From: the human T2T-CHM13v2.0 reference genome, Homo sapiens
Reading direction: 5' to 3' (one strand)
Length of the DNA: 64,000 nt
Assembly: GCF_009914755.1 (NCBI RefSeq)
Contig: NC_060927.1
Translations under genes and position numbers: made by a program
The notes under the pieces: generated by a model
Told to the model about the DNA's origin: nothing
Databases searched by the model: none
What the model saw: the letters and a program-made list of their open reading frames with translations, nothing else
Shown: positions 48,499 to 64,000 of the stretch, piece after piece
How positions within the stretch are numbered: position 1 is the first letter of the stretch
How the letters are laid out: the number at the start of each line of letters is the position of its first letter

Positions 48499-49383
48499 CT
48501 ATCATTGTATTTTTAATATCACAGCTCAATTTTTAGAAGGACTTATAATTTCCTTCTAATTATAGTCAACTTGATGACACACAAAAATGTCTTTCATAAA
48601 TTCATCCTTCACAAACATTTTGTGATGTACACATACCTTCCACGACATGCTTAGACTTTCTGCTTGAACTATACTTCCTCTTTCTTAAATAACCAGCCAT
48701 TTGACTTTCAGACAAAAATTTGCCACACATGATTCTTTCCCATACAAAATTATTCTTTTTTCTTTTTAACTCTTTACCAAAACTCTATCCTCATACTTAT
48801 AACTTTCTTTACATCTCTCTCTCTCCTACTTACTGGTTTCTTTCTATCTTGTTTATATTTCCTTCCTAAATTCATATTTTAAAATAACCTTTAATAACTG
48901 CTGAACTTACAATTAGAACACGTGTTTTTTATTATTCTAAATGAAGAACACATTTTTATGCCTTTCTTATATTTTATCTCATAAAAATCTTTGGTATGCT
49001 TTATATACAGAATTTTATATATTAATTAGAATTTTTAATTCTTAGTACCCTTAATTTCTAGTGAAAACCTAGGAAGCAAGAAATTTTTAAAAATGTTATG
49101 ACAACATGTTTATTTTAAAGTATTTTTATTTTTATAGATTTTGGAGGTGCAAGTGCAGTTTAAAAAATAGATTTAGGAGGTACAAGTGCAGTTTTGTTAA
49201 ATGGGTATATTGCATAGCACTGAAGTCCAAGCTTTTAGTGTAGCCATCACCTGAATAGTGTTCATTGTAACCATCAAATAGTTTATCAACCCTCACCCTC
49301 CTTCCACCCTCCCACCCTTCCAAGTTTCCAGTGTCCATTATTCCACACAATACGTTCATATGTGCACATTGTGTAGATCCCAC

Positions 49384-49666
49384 TTTTTTTTTTTTGAGAC
49401 AGAGTCTCATTCTATCACCCGGGCTACAGTACAGTGGCGTGATCTCAGCTCACTACAATCTCTGCCTCCCAGTTTCAAGAAATTCTTCTGCCTCAGCCTC
49501 CTGAGTAGCTGGGATTACAGGCACCTGACACCATGCCTAACTAATTTTTGTATTTTTAGTAGAGGTGGGGTTTTTCCATGTTGGCCAGGCTGGTCCTGAA
49601 CTCCTGGCCTCAAGTGACCTACCCATCTTGGCCTCCCAAAGTGCAGAGATTACACTGCACCCAGCC
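49384..49666 (-). mobile_element. AluS element
   Basis: Reverse Alu. TSD-like tag(a/c)tc(c/t)cactt. Confidence 0.88.
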
Positions 49667-50462
49667 TAGCTCTCACTTCTAAGTGAGGACATGCAGTATT
49701 TGACTTTCTGTTTCTGAGTTATTTCACTTAATAACCTGTAGTTTCATGGGTGTTTTTGCAAAATACATGATTTTATTCTTTTCATAGCTGAGGAGTATTT
49801 CATGATGTATATATATGCCACATTTTCTTTATCCAATCATTGATGGATATTTAAGTAGATCCCATATCTTTGCTTTTGTGAATAGTGCTACAATAAACAT
49901 ATGAGTGCAGATATCCTTTTTATGTAATGATTTATTTTCCTTTGAGTAGATACCCAGTAGTTGGCTTGCTGGATTAAAAGGTAGTTCTACTTTAAGTTCT
50001 ATAAGAAATATCCATACTATTTCCTGTAGAGGTTGTACTAATTTATATCCCTACCAATTGTGTTTAAGAATTCCCTTTTTTCCATATCCTCACCAACATC
50101 TGTAATTTTTTGACTTTTTAATAATAGCCATTCTCATTGATATAAGATGGCATCTCACCTTGGTTATAATGAACAATTCTCCACTGATTAGTGATGTTGA
50201 GCATCTTTTCATCTGCTTCTTGGTCATTTGTATGTCTTCTTCTGAAAAATGCCTATTCATGTCCTTTGCCCAGTTTTCAACAGGGCTATTTGTTTTTTGT
50301 TGTGGTTGAGATATTTTAGTTCCTTGTAGATTCTGAATATTAGTCCCTTGTCAGATGCATAGTTTGCAAATGTTTTCTCCCATTCTGTAGGTTGTCTTTC
50401 ACTCTGCTGATTATTTATTTTGCTGTGCAGTAGCTTTTTAGTTTAATTAAGTCCCATTTGTC

Positions 50463-50767
<305 letters not shown>

Positions 50768-52844
50768 TCATAAATTCTTTGCCAAGCAAAGGGAGCAATT
50801 TTGAACTGTCTGTCACACATTGGTATTTTATAAATGAGAATTTTATTATTTTAGAAACATTTCCCCATAATGTAATTTTTATGTATTGTTAGACTCAAAT
50901 ATACTTAGTCTTTCTATAAAATTTAAGAAGCCAAAGACAAAAATATTTATGTTCAGGAATTTGTGTTTTGGAATTTATGTTATTTGGAAATGACTTGGAC
51001 ATTCAATGAGTATCACTTAATTTAACATAACTTTAGAACTTTAAATCACACAAAAAATTCATTATAAATATTTATTCCATTTACTTTTACCTAATTTATT
51101 TATTTTTATCAACATTACCTAAATTACTTATGAAAACTGAGATATGAGATAAAGCTACTCATCATTTCAAGTAATTTCCCTGTTAAACATGTGTACAGTC
51201 TGTGAATATCAGGTGTTCACCTAAGTAAGAACTTGAAAGTTAATTATATGGATATTTTGCTGATGGCTTAGAAGACATAGCTGTTTTTATTAAGTCAACA
51301 CTATTAAATTAGTCTTACTTGTCAAAGAGTTACACAAACAGAGATCATTATGTTTTTAGGCTGGGTTTATAGTTTTATTATCTTAAAATATCTAGCAGAG
51401 ACAAATATAATCCTATCTGACTAGTAAACCCAGACAAAAATGTATGCTGAAATTCTGAAGATGTTTTTATTTTTATTTCATCAACAAATTTAAAGCCAGC
51501 TTATTTATTAAAGAAATACTTAAGTCACATGCACTAAAAGGCATTTGGGTTGATTACTCCATAATTTATATAAGCACTCATTTATCTGAGCCAATCTGAA
51601 TAGAATTCCTTAAAGGATTTCTAGCTGACTATGCCAGATTTTACCATGCAGATACAACATACAAAATGTGTAAACACATATAGATACACAAGCCACAATA
51701 AAGATCTTACAGCTTTCATTTTAGAATTTTAGTCATGAGATAGTAATACATAGTAATATACACTTATTGGTTTATAAAAGATAGTTGGATCCAAATTATA
51801 TTTCTTAGAAAATGGGGTCTGTTCATATAGCTAAATGTTATTTACCCTGATAGGTAGTCTAATGAAGGCTGTGGACCAAAATTTTGAACAAAACAGTTTG
51901 GTTTTCTTTTTCAAAATCTCTTTTGCCCCTTTATGCCCCCTCTTTTTGTTTATCGGTTTCAAATGAATTTAGGGTTAAACATTCAATTGTTTATTTTTCA
52001 GCATGAATTGGCTGAATTGTATAAGAAAAATCAAATCTCCAAATAGCCTTGGGTGTTTTAGTAACAAATTTATGTTTTTTTTTTGTCTGGTTTGCTTGAT
52101 TAGTCAATGTGGGTGAGAAAGCATTTTAGCAGGTTTTTTGTTTTGCTTTGTTTGCTTTTTCTGGGCATGGCAGACAAAGAAAGGCATTTTTATGCCAGAG
52201 AGACACCCCATATTATTGCTCTGAGCTTAAGATTTTGACCTGTTTAATCTGAGAGCCTAATTTATAAACATTTATTTATGTTTTGGAATTTATCTTATTT
52301 GGAAATGACTTGGACATTCAATGAGTATCACTTTATTTAACATAACTTTAGAATTTTAAATACTTAGCAATATATACTTATTGGTTTATAAAAGAGAGTT
52401 GGATCCAAATTATATTTCTTAGAAAATGGGGTCTGTTCATATAGCTAAATGTTATTTACCCTGATAGGTAGTCTATTTTATTTCAGAATATCAATCCCTT
52501 AATTAACTATTCCATCACCCTAAGCAATTGTTTTTCAGGCAAACTCAAATTTACATTTCATGTCTAGATTGTTGGTTGCCATGGAGCTGTTGTAAGTTGT
52601 AAAGCCATTAGTTTGAAAGCCCTTTAAGACTGTAAAAAAATATCTTGTCTGGAATGCCATAAGCAGTGTGTTTATCTCAACACAAGTAGAAAAATCAGCA
52701 GATTCAAAGTAGGCAGAAAAAAAATAGAGATATAGAAAACTTAGAAGGCTCTACATGTTAACTCTGCAGTTACAGTTTCTAATTCAGCTTTAAGTAAAAC
52801 AAGTTTGGGGAGTTCGAATGATCCCCATGATAGCCACTGGTTTA

Positions 52845-53084
<240 letters not shown>

Positions 53085-53700
53085 TTAATCTCTCAAGAGT
53101 GAAGAAAATTCTATAATTCCTGTCACGGAGTTTGGACTGATGTTTTAGATAGTGGTGACTGTCCTAGTGGTTTTTAATTGGCTGTCTTGTGCCCACCATT
53201 TAGAGTGTTTGTTTTTGCTCTCAGAAAATGTTTAGAAACAAGCAAGGGGGAAAAAGGAGCCAGATCATTTACAGACGCACATGACCAAACCCAAATGAAA
53301 CAAAAAATAAAAGTGTTCACAAAAATTTTAAGCCAGGCATGCAGACCACACAAAATACTATACCAGGCATGCAGACCCAGACAAAATGTAAATTCTTTGG
53401 AAACTAGAGGACTCAAATCAGAAAAACATTGTTCTTATTCTAGATACCACCTGCCAGAAAAGACAAAACATCTTTTATTATCTCAGAAACTGACAAAGAA
53501 TTCACTGAGGGAAGGGAGTCCAAGAATTAAAAAGGGTATTTACTAGAGCAGAAAATGTAACTCATGGCAGCATAGAGCGCAAAGGGCTCAGTTGATGCCT
53601 CACTTGATACCAGCAGCTGCCGATTACCTCACTTGATACCAGGGGCTGCTGATTCCTTTGAGGTGGGTACACTTGGGTCCCACTTCTGAGATATCATTTT

Positions 53701-54142
53701 TATTAATCTAAATAACAAAGAGGGGGGCTCTAAGAGAAAAATGTTTATTTGGGAATAGGGCACTGCAATGGGAACATGTGTGCCATAGTAAACTATGTGT
53801 ATATTTAGGGAAGTAAAGACGGACAAACTTTTTAAAGAAAAAATGAGGATAATTACATAATTGTTTCGGGATACTTGTCCTTAGCTCCAAGAATCAATAA
53901 TAAGAGTGGTGCCAGTCCAAGATTAGACAGGCAGTTGCTGGGCAGATGTCCTTGCAGAAGAATTTGTGTGTGTGTAAGGTTGTGATGGCCTTTGTGCACA
54001 GCTTTAGTTTTTGCAGGCTTTTGTCGTAATTCTTGTTATCAGATATTTGTGCATGAGAACTCTTCCTTCATGGTGTTTCTTGGCTCTATTTGTGAGGATT
54101 TTTAACACAAGTGACTTTGTTTTTATTCTGACAACCTTCACA
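53701..54142 (-). mobile_element. MER65-type ERV1 LTR, the 5' LTR of the provirus
   Basis: ctaaataacaaa..tttatttgggaatagggcactgcaatgggaa..gccatagtaaactatgtg..cagttgctgggcagatgtccttgcagaag..ttctgacaaccttcaca. Confidence 0.8.
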
Positions 54143-54485
54143 GCCCCAATCCAACATGATTGGTGACCTTATAAGAAGAGGAGAAGAGACAGAGGCAGAC
54201 ATACAGAGTGGGAAGATGATCTGAAGATTCACAAATGGAATGCAATATGACGACAGAAGCAGAGACTGGAGTGATGTGTCCACAAGCCGAGGATTGCCAG
54301 CAACACCAGAAGCGAAGAGAAAGGCATGAAACAGATTCTCCCCTACAGCCTTCCCAGAGAGGCGGGCCCCACCCACACCTTGATTTCAGACTTCTAGTTT
54401 CCTAACTGTGAGAAAATAAATTTCTGTTGTTTTAAGTCACCCAGTGTGTGGTACCTTGTTACAACAGTCTTAGAAAACGAATACA
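54143..54485 (+). mobile_element. MLT1C LTR, 3' part only
   Basis: caatccaacatgattggtgaccttataagaagagg..cacaagccgaggattgccagcaacaccagaagc..aataaatttctgttgttttaag..aacgaataca. Confidence 0.85.
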
Positions 54486-55020
54486 GACTCTACTAAAAAT
54501 AAAATCAGAAAAAAAACCATAAACACAAATAAAAATTAAATGATAGAGTTCCAGTGTTATGGAGTGAAAAGGTCAGCAAATGCTCTCTTCAAAAACAATT
54601 ATAAAACTGAACAAAACTGTAAAAAAAATCATTTCAGAGCTTTGGAATAGACCAAGGGCAAACAACAAAATGAAGAGCATTTATTTATTTAAAACTGCTG
54701 AACTTTGGATAAGAATAGTAGGAGTCTAGTTTTGCTTAAAATGAAGTTTTAACATGATTATAAGGGAAAGAGGGAAGATGTTATCTCATGCAGCTATCAT
54801 CATGCTAGAACTTCTCATTCATTCTCAAAAAAATTTAAACACACAAATGACACATGAATATTTTCTCATGGCAAAATAGAAAAACAATATCAATACAATG
54901 AAATTCCATATTGATTCTCATCTTTCATTCTCATTTCTTTGATAGTAATGCAGCTAGGAAGGTAATTTATTTTGTGTTTGTTTTGATATTAAATAAATAA
55001 TATCACATTGTCCTTTACCA

Positions 55021-58679
<3,659 letters not shown>

Positions 58680-59224
58680 CTTACTTATTTTACTTCCTGT
58701 GAACCTGTAATTATTTCAAAATTAAAACTTAAAAATTATAGACAAGAAAAGAAACCTTTTTTTTTACATTTTTTGCCACTTCCACAGCAATGCTGGTATT
58801 TCTTGTTCATTATATAATATTGTTTCCATCCCTAGAGAGAAATATTTTAGGCCTGGGCCTGTGCGTAAGAGGCTCCTTGCACCCACTTGCTTATGCTTCT
58901 CCAGACCCAGTGCTATTTTAGGAAGCAACATAACCTAATTTCTGGGCAAGGAATCTAAGGGCTATCCATTAATTTAGAGATTGAAAATAAAGAGAACCCC
59001 AAGACAGGGATAAAAGCATGTCCATGGTTTTGTTATTTGTTGAATTTTTCAACCAATTATGTACCTGTGGCATTCTCCCCCTACCTCCCACCACCTGTGG
59101 GACAATTTCCACCATGTATTCTCTTCACCTGTACATGAACGCCAGTCCCTCCCAGCCTGAAGGGCCCTTCCTAGATCTTTGTTTCCTTCTCCAGTGCATA
59201 ATGTAGCAGAAAAATCAGAGTCAT

Positions 59225-59375
59225 ACAATCTTAGGTGCAAATTCCTGGGTGCAAACTCAACCTTTACTGGTCTTGTGACCTTGGACCAGCAATTTCACTG
59301 AGCCTTGATTTCCTCTTCTCTCTTTCTGGGGTGATCCCTTTCTCCCAGGATTGTGGAGTACAGTTGGTGAGGACT
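59225..59375 (+). mobile_element. MIR fragment
   Basis: cctgggtgcaaactc..tttactggtcttgtgaccttggac..tttcactgagccttgatttcctc. Confidence 0.55.
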
Positions 59376-59489
59376 TTTTGTGGAAGCCCCTTGCCAGGTA
59401 AATATTAGCTCCTCTTTTCCCTCCCTGACTTTAGCAGCTTCCCCTCCCGGCCAACATTCTGAAGTTCCTCTGAGAGCATCTATGGAGGC

Positions 59490-60130
59490 TGGTACCACTT
59501 TGCCTCCTGTTTTCTCCTCGCCCACTGTGGTCTGGCTTGCATGCCCATATTCCCACTGCAGCAGAATTTTCATAGGATTTACAGATGAATTTCTAATTGC
59601 CAGACAGGACAGATTCTTTCTCAGTCTTCTTTTGCTTGACCCCCTCACAGCATTTTGTCCACTCTTCCCCTCTCTCCTTTTGCTTCTACAACAGAACATC
59701 CACCTGTTCTCCTCACTCAAATTGTTTTCTCCCCTTAGTTCCTTTCCTCTGCACTCTCTGCCCCCCTCGGATACCAAGGACACTTGGACACTTCTCTGTT
59801 CCCTTCCTTAGATTGACTTCATCCTCACCACAGCCTCCAAGCCTCTCGTGCCCTGACTATTCTCAAATCCACATCTCCAGCTCTGGCCTCTCTTCTGAGC
59901 TCCAGACCTGAGCTTCAATAGCTTTTTGGACAGATTCTCCATATGACTGTTTTGTAGACTCTCAAACTCTGCCAACTTCCCACTGTCTTGCTTTTCTGAA
60001 TATAATTTCCTTCCTTGTATGGGACACTAAACTTGTGCACCTTATTGGATTGCTTTGATCCATCCCTTCTCCTACCCCCACCCTATCCCATCAGGTCACC
60101 CTTCAAACATGAGATTAGACTCCCTGAATG
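59490..60130 (+). mobile_element. L2 fragment
   Basis: ttctttctcagtcttcttttgcttgacccc..cagcattt..ctcaaatccacatctccagctctggcctctcttctgagctccagacc. Confidence 0.7.
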
Positions 60131-60317
60131 GTTGAGAATGGACCAGATGACACAACCTGGAAAGACTTGGAGTTGTCTCCTTGTGAGGTAAGTTTTGACC
60201 AGTGAAAATGGGAAATAGGAGGGATCCTATCTCTCCTGTGGACCACTTCAAGGTGTAGTTGCTGCTTGTGAGCTGTTGTGCATGCTGGACAAACTTCCTG
60301 TTGAAAGATTTTGCTTT

Positions 60318-60850
60318 GTTTGTTCCCCCTAAAGCAGAGCCAGAGACAAAGCTAGCAAACAGATAATTTACTTGGGAAATGATCCCAAGGAGTAGGAATG
60401 AGAGACATGGGGAGTGAAACAGAGAAGGTGAGAAAGCCAGTATAAAGATACATTATTAAGTAGGCACCACTATGGGTGGTGATTGATGCTCAGTGATGTC
60501 AGGTGATCTAAAGAGCTTTGTGAAATGCATCTAAGAATTATCCTTCTGGGAGCATGAAAGGGGAACACTTATCCATTAGCTCCTGTTTCCCCATCAATGT
60601 TAACTCCTGGGTACTTCCAGGTTGTACATGCATAAGTGCTGAGTGGGCTCTCCCAGCATCTCACCATGGCATTAGAGTGACCCTGGAGCAGGAGGAGAGA
60701 AACCAAGGAAAGATACTCTCAGGTTGCACCTGTATAAAAGTGATTGAGACCTGTGTAGAACTGTTGCTGCAGAAGTGATTGGAGTAGGAAATACGGCTGA
60801 GATTTGAAGTGGAACATAAAAGTTGTCAGATATGGACCTACTGTGTCTCT
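60318..60850 (-). mobile_element. ERVL LTR33/LTR16-like LTR
   Basis: ttccccctaaagcagagccagagacaaag..tttacttgggaaatgatcccaagg..gttaactcctgggtacttccagg. Confidence 0.6.
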
Positions 60851-61035
60851 TTGTGGCCTCGTTGTGAAGCAGTGCTCAGTGCAGTAATTAATTACCTTGC
60901 ACTGCCTCACACATTTTTTTCTTGTTTCACTTCATATTTCCTTCTCCCTCACTCTTATGGGCTTGTATCTTCAAAGTAAAGTGTTAGCGCATTAATCCTT
61001 GCCTCAGCCTCTGATTTCTCAAGAACTCATTATAA

Positions 61036-61369
<334 letters not shown>

Positions 61370-62224
61370 TAATTGCTATGGAAATAATGCTTTTTAAAAT
61401 CAATGTGTAATAGTTTGATTATTTACGACAACACAAGAGAATGGTTGGATCAAGGCAGTCAACATATTTTAAAGCCAGGGAGCTTGTATGGCAGCTTTTA
61501 TTATTTTAAAGTTTTTTTTTAAAGGAATATTTTTTATTTACGTGTAACCTATAGAAAAGTGCACATGTTATAACTACAGACTTTGATGAATTTTCACAAA
61601 GCAAGCACAACCATATAACCAGTCCCTGGATTAATACACTTGAATTTATCAGCATCTATGAAGGCCCTCTTATGCCATCTTCCAATTACTTTCTCCTTCT
61701 TTCCAACAGTATTATCCTGACATCTCATACTTCTATGGCAGCTTTTAAGGAGATCATTGTCTGAAGCAGTCACAGGTCAGATTGTGTTGAAAAATCAGAC
61801 CCAGAATCTGATTATGATGGCAGCACAGCAGAAAAGACTATGTGAGGTGGTCACATAGTCTTGTGAGAGCTTGAGACGTGAGTTGGGAACATTTTTGTAG
61901 CTGAATGAAACTATCTTAAACCCTGACATTCCTTTGAACTCTCTGAGTTGGCAAAAGCAATCTCTTCCCTCTGCCAGAGGAAAATAGCTTCCCCTCGCCT
62001 GGAAATCATGTTAACCTCACTTGAATTTATGCCTCACAAAGAGGTACTGATTCTCAAGACTTTCTGCCATTATTTGTCATTTCTTCCAGGCCAAACACTA
62101 GACAGACCCTAGCACAGCCTCGATGGAGAAGAAATAGCCTAAATGTCAATGGAACTTATGGAACTTTTTACTGTGTGCCAACAAGACCTAGGGGACATTT
62201 GTGGGAGCAGCTTGTGTGTGGAGT

Positions 62225-62468
62225 CCTCATGAATGGAATTAGTGTCCTTATAAAGAAGTCCCAGAGAGCTGCTCTGCCCCTTCTGCTATGTGAAGACACT
62301 GTGAGAAGTCAGCAGTCTGTAACCTGGAAGAGAGCCCTTACCAGAACTTGACCATGCTGGCACTCTGATCTCGGATTTCCAGCCTCTAGAACTGTAAGAA
62401 ATAAATTTGTGTTGCTTATAAGCCACTCCATCTATGGTAATTGTAGTAGCCCAAACAGACTAAGACAC
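62225..62468 (+). mobile_element. MLT1A/B-type LTR, 3' part
   Basis: cctcatgaatggaattagtgtccttataaag..gaccatgctggcactctgatctcggatttccagcctctagaactg..cagactaagaca. Confidence 0.8.
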
Positions 62469-62907
62469 TGCTGTGACAAATAACCATAAACCAGTGGCCT
62501 AAAACAACATTAATTTATTATTTCACAGTTCTGGAGGCCAGAGGTCCTAAATCAAGGTGTCAGCAGGGTTGGCTCCTTCTAGAGGCCAACCCTGAGGGAG
62601 AATGGATTCCGTGCCTCCCTCCTAGCTTCTGGTGGTTTCCAGCCATTTTTGGCATTTTCGACTTGTAAATGCTTTTATCTTCACATCATGTTCTCCTCTG
62701 TGTGTCTCCGTGCCTTCTCTTTTGCTGTCTTTGAAAAAATACATTTTGTCATTGGATTTAGGGCCCATGCTATATCCAGGATGATGTCATATTGAGATTC
62801 TTAATTATATCTGCAAAGACACTATTTCCAAGTAAGGCTGTATTCACAGGTATTGGGGCTTAGGACTTGTACGTATATTTTTGGGACCACCATGTAACCC
62901 ACAACAT
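62469..62907 (-). mobile_element. MLT1C-type LTR
   Basis: tgctgtgacaaataaccataaacc..cacagttctggaggccag..atctgcaaagac..ggggcttaggactt..aacccacaaca. Confidence 0.8.
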
Positions 62908-63334
62908 AGGTCTTTAGAGTGTTAAGTCAGGCTCAGGGCAGATTATAAAACTGGATGTAACAGAATTCTTGACACAAGTGCATGTTCTCCTGATTGTTGG
63001 ACCAACAAGTTGGCTTGGTAAGGGCAGTTTTATTCCTTGCTGATCTGGTCTTCCAGCTAACCCACAGACTTGCTGTAGGGATCAGAATCAACTACTGCCA
63101 CCTTAGTTGACCCATAGACGTGCAGTTAGGAGCCACAATAGCCACCCTGGCCACCACAGCCTAGAGTGGAGGCACTCAGCCAAGTGCATTATAGATCAAC
63201 TGAGTTCCAGCTGACCACAGGTACATGAGTGATAACAAATGATTATTTTAAGTGCTTGAGTTTTGAGGCAGTTTGTTTTGCAGCAATAGCTAACTGATAT
63301 AGAGATTAGCACATATCTCCAGAAATCAATAGGC

Positions 63335-63368
63335 ATTGCTTTTTGGCCTTTTGGCTAAGATCAAACAT
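63335..63368 (+). pseudogene. Tailless, 3'-truncated U2 snRNA retropseudogene (U2 nt 1 to ~34)
   Basis: attgctttttggccttttggctaagatcaa vs U2 ATCGCTTCTCGGCCTTTTGGCTAAGATCAA (27/30, all C>T). Perfect 13-bp TSD agaaatcaatagg at 63321-63333 and 63369-63381. Confidence 0.88.
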
Positions 63369-63381
63369 AGAAATCAATAGG

Positions 63382-64000
63382 TAAATAATCAGTAAGACTT
63401 TAAAGGATTTAAATAACAAGCTTGATATAACAGCTATATAAAGAAAGCTGTACCCAACATCAAAGTGGAAACATTCTTTTTAAACAAATGTGGAAAATTC
63501 ACCAAAAATAAGCATATTTTAGGCTTAAAAGCACATTTCAATTTTTTCCAAAAAGAAAAACTCTGTAAGCAAATTTATAATAAACAAATTATAGCAAAAA
63601 AGAAAAACTAAATTTAAAATCTCCCCAAAATGATTTATTGGATTAGAATAGAAATAATCCTTCCAAAATATATGAATGTCAGCAAGAAAAAATGAAACAA
63701 CTTATAGACCAAATTAGAAATTAATGAGAAGAGGCATTACATATACAAATCTCTGGGATACAGCCAACCATACTAAAAATAAGTACAGCCTTAAACATTT
63801 ATTAGAAAATATGATATTTTTAAAATAAGTAAACTGAGGTTTCAACTGAAGAAGCTAAGAAAAAAAATCAAAGTAATCTTCAAAGTAAACAGTAAATATA
63901 AAAACAGAGGCCAATGAAATGGAACAATAGAACCCATAAGAGTACTTTTTTTTTTCTTTTTCATTTGGGGGGAAACACAAATAAAATAGACAAGTGGTGA
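63382..64000 (+). mobile_element. Old L1M ORF2 (endonuclease region) fragment
   Basis: acattcttttt..atgtggaaaattcaccaaaa..catatttta ggc..catatacaaatctctgggatacagc..caactgaagaagctaagaaaa. Confidence 0.65.

Noticed and set aside
59295-59911. Overlapping 104-162-aa ORFs
   Set aside because: They fall within MIR/L2 remnants, with low-complexity translations and no domain.

Overview
Primate (human-type) genomic DNA. The window is repeat-dense and intergenic, with no intact protein-coding gene. It opens at the edge of a GC/G-rich, possibly promoter-flanking segment (1-300), followed by a ~375-bp (GGAA)n/(TTCC)n microsatellite grown from an Alu tail. Most of the rest is layered transposable elements: about 20 Alus, MaLR/ERVL/ERV1 LTRs in several multi-level nests, a two-LTR MSTA-type MaLR provirus (12.9-15.3 kb), a full-length but inactive ~6.17-kb L1PA3/L1PA4 that still carries the 129-bp ZNF93-target segment (15.9-22.1 kb), a Tc2/Kanga DNA transposon, Tigger2a, and a one-LTR MER65/MER4-group ERV1 provirus (44.6-54.1 kb). 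The only gene-derived sequences are a processed pseudogene of SALL4 (55.0-58.7 kb), copied from the short SALL4B splice isoform with a 5' twin-priming inversion, and a tailless 5' U2 snRNA retrocopy (63.3 kb). Several local templated duplications record DNA-repair events. I found no support for a new coding system. The best leads are regulatory (GGAA array, SALL4B retrocopy, DUX-type motifs in MaLR LTRs) and mechanistic (templated insertions, a probable Alu-mediated deletion). Repeat subfamily names come from recalled consensus sequences and should be confirmed with RepeatMasker/Dfam.
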